The notes beneath the pieces were generated by a model. The model was not told the origin of the DNA. It worked only from the letters and a program-made list of their open reading frames with translations, and made no database searches. Shown one piece after another: positions 7,802-15,843 of a DNA stretch of 64,000 nt. This stretch comes from Burkholderiales bacterium. GTDB lineage: Bacteria > Pseudomonadota > Gammaproteobacteria > Burkholderiales > JACQAP01. Both the position numbers and the translations under genes were made by a program. Location: assembly GCA_046590325.1 (NCBI GenBank), contig JBKJUC010000162.1, positions 21,768 through 85,767 on the forward strand, in the 5' to 3' direction. The first letter of the stretch is position 1; each line of letters starts with the position of its first letter.

Positions 7802-9049
7802 TCAGTTGAACTTGTGTTTGATGCGGACTCTCTGGTCCGCCTTGACTTCCACCACCTGCGAAAACACGGGGAAGTTGGCATTGCGGATTTCTATGGTGCG
7901 TTTGCCGGGGGCGACTTCGAGTTCATTGACGGGCGGGCTGACGCCGACCCGGTTGCCGTCCACGAACACCTCGCCCCAGGGGGCGACGGCCAGCGCGATG
8001 ATCGCTATGCCGGCGGACGCTGGCGGCAAAGACTCGCCGGCCGGTTCTTCATGCTTGGAGAAGAACGACAAAGGCCAGCCCTTGGACTCCCTCTTTTCCT
8101 CCGAAACCGGCTCGGCGGTAAGGGTTGGCGGACTTGTACCATCGCCCGCCTGCGCGGGAGTCGGCTTGGATGAGGAATGTTTCTTGTCCCGGCGGGGGAG
8201 GCCGATGACGGCTGCCGCCGATTTCTCGGAAAGCAGGTTTTTCTGCGGCGCCTCGGCGCCCGGCTTCTCCTCGGCGGCGGGCAGGTCGCTGTGGCCGAGG
8301 AAATTGAGCGTCACTGCCAGGGCGAAGGCGCCAAATGACAGTGTGGCCGTTCCGTATGCGATGGTCCGATTGTTCAGCCACGATTCGACACCGCGCAGCC
8401 AGTGGCCGGTGCCGGTTGCAATGCCCGCGGCCGCGGCCTGGCGGCGGCTTTCATGGGAGGACACCTCGGCGCGCTCGGCGGGGGAGCGCACGGTGCCGCC
8501 TCGGTTCTGGGTATAGCCGACACTGTAAATCTCGTGTTCCCGCACATGCTTGTCGGTACGCGAGCCCTCGTAATTGAAGAGCTTCGCGTAGCCTCCCGAG
8601 ATGTGCGAGACCACCTCGAAATAAGATCGCGAAACCAGCACCTGCCCCGGTTTGGCGAAACCCATCACGCGCTGGGCGACATTGATGCCATCACCGATGA
8701 TGTTGGGCTGGCCGTTCAGGTCGCGCACCAGACGGACCGGTCCGAGATTGATGCCGATGCGCGCCGGCAGTTTCGGTGTTTCGCCGGGCCGGGGCGCGAA
8801 GGCTTCGCGAAGGCTCATCGCAACGAACAGCGCGTCCTCGGGATCGCCCAGAAAATTGATCGCTACGCCGTCTCCGGTATCGAGAATAATGCGGTCGTTG
8901 GCCGCGATGTCGCGAATGGCTTCCGCGATCAGCGAATTGAACTGGTCCTTGAGCTGGATCTGTTCGGAAACCGGCTTGCGCGAGTATTCGGTGATATCCA
9001 GGAACAGCACGCTGCAGATAAACGTGCGGTTGGCGCGCTCAGGCATCAT
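7802..9049 (-). CDS. class III nucleotidyl (adenylate/guanylate-type) cyclase with TM helix and C-terminal PEGA-like domain
   Basis: The N-terminal cyclase homology domain carries metal Asp motifs FLDITEYS and DTGDG plus NVAQR. One TM helix (IAYGTATLSFGAFALAVTLNFLG). C-terminal APWGEVFVDGNRVGVSPP...APGKRTIEIRN is PEGA-like. Confidence 0.8.
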   Translation of the reverse strand: MMPERANRTFICSVLFLDITEYSRKPVSEQIQLKDQFNSLIAEAIRDIAANDRIILDTGDGVAINFLGDPEDALFVAMSLREAFAPRPGETPKLPARIGINLGPVRLVRDLNGQPNIIGDGINVAQRVMGFAKPGQVLVSRSYFEVVSHISGGYAKLFNYEGSRTDKHVREHEIYSVGYTQNRGGTVRSPAERAEVSSHESRRQAAAAGIATGTGHWLRGVESWLNNRTIAYGTATLSFGAFALAVTLNFLGHSDLPAAEEKPGAEAPQKNLLSEKSAAAVIGLPRRDKKHSSSKPTPAQAGDGTSPPTLTAEPVSEEKRESKGWPLSFFSKHEEPAGESLPPASAGIAIIALAVAPWGEVFVDGNRVGVSPPVNELEVAPGKRTIEIRNANFPVFSQVVEVKADQRVRIKHKFN

Positions 9050-9335
9050 GGAGCATCACCTGTGGCTTCACAGTCAAAGTTCTTCCTTGGCGTGCCGGGT
9101 TCCGGGGACGGTAATCTTAACACCAATCGCTTGCCCTTCCGCAAGCCTTATTCGTTAAAAATCCTACTTGCGTCAAGCGTTTTGCGAATATTCCTTCAGA
9201 CCTTTCGAGGTTCGTTCCAAGCCTCATAACGCGGCTTCCGGGCGGCCTTCCTTTATCATTGGACCCCTTTGATTGAGCCCAACGGCTGGCGCCGCCGATC
9301 CCCGTTCCGCAGTCCACCCCCAGTCTGGAGCAGCC

Positions 9336-10967
9336 TTGACCCGCATCAACCTCTATAACGTTGGCCTGGACAAGAATCCCGCCAATTACGTTCCCCTCTC
9401 GCCGCTGTCCTTCCTGGCCCGCTCTGCGGAGGTTTATCCGGACCGGATCGCCGTGATTCACGGCGACATGCCAATGAAGTGGTCCGAGACCTATCGCAGG
9501 TGCCGGAAACTGGCCTCGGCACTAGCGCGGCGGGGGATCGGGGCGGGCGATACCGTGGCGCTCATGGCCCCGAACATTCCGGCCATGTTCGAAGCCCACT
9601 TCGGCGTTCCAATGACCGGCGCGGTGCTCAATACGCTCAATACCCGCCTCGATCCGGAGGCCATCGGCTTCATGCTCAATCACGGCGAAGCAAAGGTGCT
9701 GATAACGGACCGCGAATTTGCAGAGACCATCGCCAAGGCGCTGACCATGGTCGAGCATCCGCCGCTGGTGATCGACATCGATGACCCCCAGGGCCCAGGC
9801 GGCGGGCTCGTCGGTGAAACAGACTACGAGGCTTTCCTGGAAACGGGCGACGAGAACTTTGAATGGCGCCTTCCTGAAGATGAATGGGATGCGATTGCGC
9901 TGTCCTACACCTCCGGTACCACTGGAAATCCGAAGGGCGTCGTCACCCATCACCGCGGCGCCTACCTGAACGCGGTGGGCAATATCGTTACCTGGGCGAT
10001 GCCGCATTTTCCGGTGTATCTGTGGACGCTGCCGATGTTCCATTGCAACGGCTGGTGTTTTCCCTGGACCCTGGCGGCGGTCGCCGGCACCAGTGTTTGT
10101 CTGCGCCGCGTGGAGGCAGCGCCGATCTTCGACCTGATCCGCCGCCACAAGGTCACGCATTTTTGCGGCGCGCCGGTGGTGCACAACATGCTCATCAACG
10201 CGCCATCTGACCTGCGCGCCGGCATCGGGCACAAAGTGGCCGCCATGATCGCGGGCGCCGCGCCGCCGCAGGCGGTGATCGAAGGCATGGAACGCATCGG
10301 CATAGATCTGACCCACGTCTACGGGCTGACCGAGGTTTATGGCCCGGCGTCGGTTTGCGCAAAGCATCCGGAGTGGGACGACTTGCCCCTGGACGCACGC
10401 GCTGAAATGAATGGCAGGCAGGGGGTTCGCTACGAAATGCAGGAAGGCATGGACGTTTTCGACCCGCAGACCCTGCAGCCGGTGCCCCGTGACGGCCAGA
10501 CCATGGGCGAGATTTTCTTTCGCGGCAACATCACCATGAAGGGCTACCTGAAGAATGCCGCCGCAACGAAAGAGGCGTTCGAGGGCGGCTGGTTCCATAC
10601 GGGCGACCTCGCGGTGATGCATCCCGATGGCTACGTCAGGATCAAGGACCGTTCCAAGGACATCATCATTTCCGGGGGCGAGAATATTTCCACCATCGAA
10701 GTCGAGGACGTCCTGTACCGGCATCCGGCCCTCCTCGAGGCCGCGGTAGTCGCGCGGCCCGACGAAAAATGGGGCGAGACGCCGTGCGCCTTTGTTACTC
10801 TGAAACCGGGTGCTCCCGCGGTGACGGAAGAGGAGATCATCGCTTTCTGCCGCGAACGCCTGGCGCGCTTCAAATGCCCGCGCAAGGTGATCTTCGGCCC
10901 TTTGCCGAAGACCTCGACCGGCAAGATCCAGAAGAACGTTTTGCGGAACCAGGCGAAGGCCGTCTAG
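9336..10967 (+). CDS. AMP-forming acyl-CoA synthetase (medium-chain type)
   Basis: AMP-binding motif YTSGTTGNPKG plus a GEICxxG-like region. Preferred start is TTG at 9336 (MTRINLYNVGLDKNPANY), preceded by GGAG at 9327-9330. The ORF-track start 9273 is also TTG. Confidence 0.85.
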   Translation: MTRINLYNVGLDKNPANYVPLSPLSFLARSAEVYPDRIAVIHGDMPMKWSETYRRCRKLASALARRGIGAGDTVALMAPNIPAMFEAHFGVPMTGAVLNTLNTRLDPEAIGFMLNHGEAKVLITDREFAETIAKALTMVEHPPLVIDIDDPQGPGGGLVGETDYEAFLETGDENFEWRLPEDEWDAIALSYTSGTTGNPKGVVTHHRGAYLNAVGNIVTWAMPHFPVYLWTLPMFHCNGWCFPWTLAAVAGTSVCLRRVEAAPIFDLIRRHKVTHFCGAPVVHNMLINAPSDLRAGIGHKVAAMIAGAAPPQAVIEGMERIGIDLTHVYGLTEVYGPASVCAKHPEWDDLPLDARAEMNGRQGVRYEMQEGMDVFDPQTLQPVPRDGQTMGEIFFRGNITMKGYLKNAAATKEAFEGGWFHTGDLAVMHPDGYVRIKDRSKDIIISGGENISTIEVEDVLYRHPALLEAAVVARPDEKWGETPCAFVTLKPGAPAVTEEEIIAFCRERLARFKCPRKVIFGPLPKTSTGKIQKNVLRNQAKAV

Positions 10968-10974
10968 CCCCTAG

Positions 10975-11141
10975 CCGCAAAGGCGCGAAGGCGCAAAGAA
11001 AGGCACGCAAAGGAATTCAACTTGGCATATGGGGATCGAATTTGTCATCCGTCGCATACACTGGCATGGCTTACTTCACTTCATCAAGAATCGTCTTGTT
11101 GCCTTCCTTCGCGTTCCCTTCGCGTCTTTGCGCCTTTGCGG
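10975..11141. repeat. palindromic non-coding element, 9-mer-periodic arms (variant CGCAAAGGC)
   Basis: Terminal perfect 12-nt inverted repeat CCGCAAAGGCGC...GCGCCTTTGCGG. Arms are built of CGCAAAGG/CGAAGG units. It starts 8 nt after the acyl-CoA synthetase stop. Confidence 0.75.
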
Positions 11142-11226
11142 TTAAGGGTTGAACGTTCGGTATTCGAGATACCCTGACGCGCTGCGGTAGAATCCGCTTT
11201 CTTCAATCCGGCAAGAGGCTCCTGAA

Positions 11227-11976
11227 ATGAAGGTACTGGTACCGGTCAAGCGGGTGGTGGACTACAACGTCAAGGTGCGCGTCAAATCCGACGGCTCCGG
11301 CGTGGAGACCGCCAACGTCAAAATGTCCATGAATCCGTTCGACGAGATCGCGGTGGAGGAAGCCGTACGCCTCAAGGAAGCAGGAACCGCGACGGAAATC
11401 ATCGCGGTGTCGGTGGGCACGGTTCAGTGTCAGGAGACGCTGCGCACGGCGCTGGCGATCGGCGCGGATCGCGCCATCCTGGTGGAAACGGCGGTCGAGA
11501 CCCAGCCGCTCGCTGTCGCCAAGATTCTCAAGGCCATTGTCGACAAGGAGCAGCCGGGCCTGGTCATCATGGGCAAGCAGGCCATCGACGACGATTCGAA
11601 CCAGACCGGGCAGATGCTTGCCGCGTTGCTGAACTGGTCGCAGGCAACATTCGCATCGAAAGTGAAAACCGGATCCGGATCGGCCGAAGTCACGCGTGAA
11701 GTGGATGGCGGCCTGGAAACGATCTCGGTGAAATTGCCGGCGGTAGTGACCACGGACCTGCGCCTGAATGAACCGCGCTACGTGACCCTGCCGAACATCA
11801 TGAAGGCCAAGAAGAAGGCGCTCGAAACGTTCACACCGGAGGCGCTGGGCGTCGACCCGGCACCGAGGCTTAAGACCCTGAAGGTCGAGGAACCGCCCAA
11901 GCGCAGTGCCGGCAAGCTCGTGAAAAGCGTGCAGGAACTGGTCGAGAAACTGAAGAACGAAGCCAAGATCATATAG
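11227..11976 (+). CDS. etfB: electron transfer flavoprotein beta subunit
   Basis: [26 protein letters not shown]...; 249 aa, a canonical EtfB N-terminus. Confidence 0.93.
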   Translation: MKVLVPVKRVVDYNVKVRVKSDGSGVETANVKMSMNPFDEIAVEEAVRLKEAGTATEIIAVSVGTVQCQETLRTALAIGADRAILVETAVETQPLAVAKILKAIVDKEQPGLVIMGKQAIDDDSNQTGQMLAALLNWSQATFASKVKTGSGSAEVTREVDGGLETISVKLPAVVTTDLRLNEPRYVTLPNIMKAKKKALETFTPEALGVDPAPRLKTLKVEEPPKRSAGKLVKSVQELVEKLKNEAKII

Positions 11977-11992
11977 AGCAGAGACTATCCCG

Positions 11993-12922
11993 ATGCGTAT
12001 CCTGGTAATAGCCGAACACGACAATGCCGCGCTCAAGCCCGCGGTCCTGAATGCAATCGCTGCCGCCACGAAAATCGGCGGTGACATCGACATCCTCGTC
12101 GCCGGAAGCCAATGTGCCTCCGTGGCGCAGGCCGCGGCGCAAATCGCCGGGGTGAAGAAAGTCCTCGTTGCCGACGCTGCCCACTATGCGCATTCTCTGG
12201 CCGAGAACCTTTCCGCGCTGGTTGTTTCGATCGCCAAAAATTACACGCACGTCCTCGCCCCGGCCACGAGTTTCGGCAAGAACGTGCTGCCGCGGGTGGC
12301 GGCGTTCCTGGACGTGGCTCAGATTTCCGAGATCATCAAGGTCGAGTCTCCCGACACCTTCGTGCGGCCGATCTACGCGGGTAATGCACTTGCCACCGTG
12401 CAATCCGCTGATGCCATCAAAGTGATCACGGTGCGCTCGACCGGGTTCGATGCGGCGCCTGCAGCGGGCGGCTCGGCCACGGTGGAGAACATCAATGCCG
12501 GTCCGGACACCGGTTTGTCGTCGCTGATCGGCCAGGAACTCACGAAGTCGGCACGGCCCGAGTTGACGGCTGCGCGCGTGATCGTGTCGGGCGGACGAGG
12601 CATGGGCAACGGCGAGAACTTCAAGATCCTTGAAGCCCTCGCCGACAAACTTGGCGCGGCGGTTGGCGCCTCCCGCGCGGCGGTCGATTCCGGGTTCGTG
12701 CCCAACGACTATCAGGTCGGGCAGACGGGCAAGATCGTAGCCCCCGATCTGTATATCGCCATCGGCATTTCCGGTGCGATCCAGCACCTGGCGGGCATGA
12801 AAGACAGCAAGGTGATCGTCGCCATCAACAAGGACGGCGAAGCGCCGATCTTCCAGGTGGCTGACTACGGCCTGGTGGCCGACCTGTTCCAGGTGGTGCC
12901 GGAACTTACAAACGCGCTCTAG
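11993..12922 (+). CDS. etfA: electron transfer flavoprotein alpha subunit
   Basis: [11 protein letters not shown]...; the FAD-binding C-terminal region includes [30 protein letters not shown]. Confidence 0.93.
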   Translation: MRILVIAEHDNAALKPAVLNAIAAATKIGGDIDILVAGSQCASVAQAAAQIAGVKKVLVADAAHYAHSLAENLSALVVSIAKNYTHVLAPATSFGKNVLPRVAAFLDVAQISEIIKVESPDTFVRPIYAGNALATVQSADAIKVITVRSTGFDAAPAAGGSATVENINAGPDTGLSSLIGQELTKSARPELTAARVIVSGGRGMGNGENFKILEALADKLGAAVGASRAAVDSGFVPNDYQVGQTGKIVAPDLYIAIGISGAIQHLAGMKDSKVIVAINKDGEAPIFQVADYGLVADLFQVVPELTNAL

Positions 12923-12937
12923 AAGCAAAAATCCTTT

Positions 12938-13061
12938 CACCACAGAGGCGCAGAGGACGCAGAGAACTTCCATTTCCGGGAAGCAACGGCTCGCCAATCC
13001 GGGTGCCATGTCGGTCCCGATACACTGAATTGTTCTCTGTGCCCTCTGTGCCGCCGTGGTT
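12938..13061. repeat. palindromic non-coding element, 9-mer-periodic arms (CACAGAGGC family)
   Basis: Left arm CACCACAGAGGCGCAGAGGACGCAGAGAAC. Right arm GTTCTCTGTGCCCTCTGTGCCGCCGTGGTT, about 23/30 complementary. It starts 16 nt after the etfA stop. Confidence 0.8.
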
Positions 13062-13093
13062 GATTTTCAGGCAGACTTTTCCAGGAGCAGTAA

Positions 13094-14887
13094 ATGTCTA
13101 CATACGCCGCCCCGATCCGGGACATAAAATTCGTCGTCAAGGAGTTGGTTGGGCTCGACGATATCACTGCGCTGCCCGGCTGCGAGGAAGTCACGCCGGA
13201 TCTTGTCGATGCCGTGCTGGAAGAGGCGGGCAATTTTGCCACCGGCGTCCTCGATCCGATCAACATTCCGGGCGACCGGATCGGCGCCAGACTGGAGAAA
13301 AACGTCGTCACGGCCGCGCCCGGCTTCAAGGACGCATTCAAACAGTTCTCCGCAGGAGGCTGGCCGGGGCTGAACTGCGATCCGCAGTACGGCGGCCAGG
13401 GACTGCCGCACATCATTTCCGCGCAGACCTCGGAAATGTGGAATTCCGCCAACATGTCGTTCTGCCTGTGCCCGATGCTGACGGCCGGCGTGGTCGCCGC
13501 GCTGATGCGGCATGGTTCGGACCAGCAGAAGAACATGTATCTGCCGAACCTGGTGTCGGGTAAGTGGACCGGCACCATGAATCTGACGGAGCCGCAGGCA
13601 GGTTCCGACCTGTCAGCGGTGCGCACCCGTGCCGTGCCCGAGGGCGATCATTACCGCCTGCATGGCACCAAGATATTCATCACCTGGGGCGAGCACGACA
13701 TGGCGGAGAACATCATCCACATGGTGCTGGCGCGCACACCCGATGCGCCCGAAGGCGTAAAAGGCATTTCGCTGTTCGTGGTGCCCAAATTCATGCTGAA
13801 CAAGGACGGTTCGCCGGGAAAGCGCAATGACGTGAACTGCGTTTCCATAGAGCATAAGCTGGGCATCCACGGCAGTCCCACGTGTGTCATGGCTTATGGC
13901 GAAGCGGAGGGGGCGGTCGGGTATCTGATTGGCGAAGAAAACCGCGGCCTCGAATACATGTTCACGATGATGAACTTCGCGCGGCTGGAAGTCGGCATCG
14001 AGGGCGTGGCCATCGCCGAACGCGCCTACCAGCATGCGTTGGAGTTCGCCAGGAATCGCGTGCAGGGCAGGGAGATCGGTGTCAAAAGCGGCGACCGCGT
14101 CAGCATTATCCACCACCCGGACGTGCGGCGCATGCTGATGAGCATGAAGGCGCAGACTGAGGCCATGCGTGCACTCGCAACCCTGGCTTCCGCACACCTG
14201 GACAAGGCGCTGCTGCATCCGGACAAGGGCGCAAGGGCGAACAGCCAGGCCTTGTTCGATTTGCTGACGCCGGTGGTCAAGGGCTGGTGCACCGAGCAGA
14301 GCATCGAGATCGCTTCGCTGGGCGTGCAGGTGCACGGCGGCATGGGCTTCGTCGAGGAGACCGGCGCGGCGCAGTACCTGCGCGATGCGCGCATTACCAC
14401 TATTTACGAAGGGACGACCGGCATTCAGGCAAACGACCTGGTCGGGCGCAAGGTGGCTTACGAGAAAGGCGCCACCATCAAGGTCGTGATCGCGCAGATG
14501 CGCTCCTGCGCGGACGAACTGAACAAGGTTTCGCATCCGGGGCTGGCGGTCATCCACAAATCCCTGACCGAAGGTATCGATGCGCTGGGCGAAGCGACGG
14601 ACTGGCTGCTGGCGACGTATCCGTCGAATATGAAGGCCGCCTCGGCGGGGGCTGTTCCCTTCCTGAAGCTGTTCGGCACGGTGGCCGGCGGCTGGCAGAT
14701 GGCGCGGGCCGCGCTGATTGCCAAGAAGCGGCTCGACGAGGAGACGGACGACTTTGATTTTTACCGGGCCAAGCTGGGAACCGCCCGATTCTATGCCGAG
14801 CACATCCTGCCCCTGGCACAGGCTTACAGGCATGAGGTCGTCGATGGCTCCACCAGCGTGCTGGCGCTGGAGGAAGCCCAGTTCTGA
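13094..14887 (+). CDS. acyl-CoA dehydrogenase (long form, about 600 aa)
   Basis: 597 aa. ACAD core motifs (LTEPQAGSDL, GGMGFVEETGAAQYLRDARITTIYEGTTGIQ) plus a C-terminal extension. Confidence 0.88.
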   Translation: MSTYAAPIRDIKFVVKELVGLDDITALPGCEEVTPDLVDAVLEEAGNFATGVLDPINIPGDRIGARLEKNVVTAAPGFKDAFKQFSAGGWPGLNCDPQYGGQGLPHIISAQTSEMWNSANMSFCLCPMLTAGVVAALMRHGSDQQKNMYLPNLVSGKWTGTMNLTEPQAGSDLSAVRTRAVPEGDHYRLHGTKIFITWGEHDMAENIIHMVLARTPDAPEGVKGISLFVVPKFMLNKDGSPGKRNDVNCVSIEHKLGIHGSPTCVMAYGEAEGAVGYLIGEENRGLEYMFTMMNFARLEVGIEGVAIAERAYQHALEFARNRVQGREIGVKSGDRVSIIHHPDVRRMLMSMKAQTEAMRALATLASAHLDKALLHPDKGARANSQALFDLLTPVVKGWCTEQSIEIASLGVQVHGGMGFVEETGAAQYLRDARITTIYEGTTGIQANDLVGRKVAYEKGATIKVVIAQMRSCADELNKVSHPGLAVIHKSLTEGIDALGEATDWLLATYPSNMKAASAGAVPFLKLFGTVAGGWQMARAALIAKKRLDEETDDFDFYRAKLGTARFYAEHILPLAQAYRHEVVDGSTSVLALEEAQF

Positions 14888-14913
14888 CCGCAGCGGTGGG
14901 CACACGATCCTGA

Positions 14914-14941
14914 AAAGCGCGGCCCCGGGCCGCGTTTTTTA
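14914..14941 (+). terminator. rho-independent terminator after the acyl-CoA dehydrogenase gene
   Basis: GC stem CGCGGCC/GGCCGCG (14918-14934) followed by TTTTTT. Confidence 0.75.
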
Positions 14942-14960
14942 TTTGCGCCGGGATTTTTCG

Positions 14961-15008
14961 TTGACAAGATTCCGGTGGCTGTTCATGATTCAAACGTTTG
15001 TTTGAATC
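14961..15008 (+). promoter_or_regulatory. sigma70-like promoter overlapped by a PsrA-type operator palindrome
   Basis: TTGACA (14961-14966), a 17-nt spacer, then CATGAT (14984-14989). Perfect inverted repeat GATTCAAAC-gttt-GTTTGAATC at 14987-15008, containing CAAAC-N4-GTTTG. An extra half-site GTTTGAG lies just downstream. Confidence 0.6.
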
Positions 15009-15086
15009 GTTCGTTTGAGCACCTGTTACTGTTGGTTCGAATATCTATCGACCAGGGGCGTTTCCGCAACGCCCGGAACCAGAACA

Positions 15087-15806
15087 ATGATCCGCAAAAA
15101 GCAGGCGCCCGCCGAAACCCGCGACCGCATCCTTTTCACTGCGGAAACCCTTTTCATGGAACGCGGCTATGCCGCCACCTCGTTGCGCATGATCACGGCC
15201 AAGGCAAGGGTCAATCTTGCCGCCGTCAACTATCACTTCGGCACCAAGGAAGCGCTGATCCGCGAGGTGTTCGAGCGCAGGCTTGGCCCGCTCAATTCGG
15301 CCCGTATCGCCTATCTCGACCGGCTGGAGGCACAGGCACGCGGCAGGGCGCTCAGCGTCGAGCAGATCATCGAAGCGATCGTTGTTCCGGCCCTGCAGGT
15401 CACCCGCGATCCACTCGCCGGAGGTGCCGTGTTCCTGCGGCTGCTGGGCAGGGCCTTCTCCGAACCCGGAGATACCATGCGCGACATCCTGCCGGCCCAG
15501 TACCGCCAGGTCGTCGTGCGCTTCAAGGAGGCGCTGGTGCAAGCGCTGCCGCAGGTCCCGGATCAGGAACTGACCTGGCGCATGCACTTCATGTTCGGCG
15601 CGTTGTCCTACACCATGGCCGGCAATGACGCCTTGAAACTCGTTGCCACTTGTAACCTCGAGGGAGGCGACGAACCGGAGTCGATCATCCGCCGTCTGAT
15701 TCCTTTCCTGGCATCGGGCCTGAAGGCGCCGCTGCCGGGTGCGAACGGCAAACGCAGCGCGCAACCAGGAAGGATCGGCAGCGTGCCCGGCCGCAAGGCC
15801 GCGTGA
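15087..15806 (+). CDS. psrA: TetR family transcriptional regulator, PsrA-like (fatty-acid responsive)
   Basis: Start MIRKKQAPAETRDRILFTAETLFMERGYAATSLRMITAKARVNLAAVNYHFGTKEAL. By recollection, the HTH region is very close to Pseudomonas PsrA. It lies upstream of fadE. Confidence 0.75.
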   Translation: MIRKKQAPAETRDRILFTAETLFMERGYAATSLRMITAKARVNLAAVNYHFGTKEALIREVFERRLGPLNSARIAYLDRLEAQARGRALSVEQIIEAIVVPALQVTRDPLAGGAVFLRLLGRAFSEPGDTMRDILPAQYRQVVVRFKEALVQALPQVPDQELTWRMHFMFGALSYTMAGNDALKLVATCNLEGGDEPESIIRRLIPFLASGLKAPLPGANGKRSAQPGRIGSVPGRKAA

Positions 15807-15843
15807 TCCCGAACAAATAACCGGATACAGAAGGAGCAGCACC

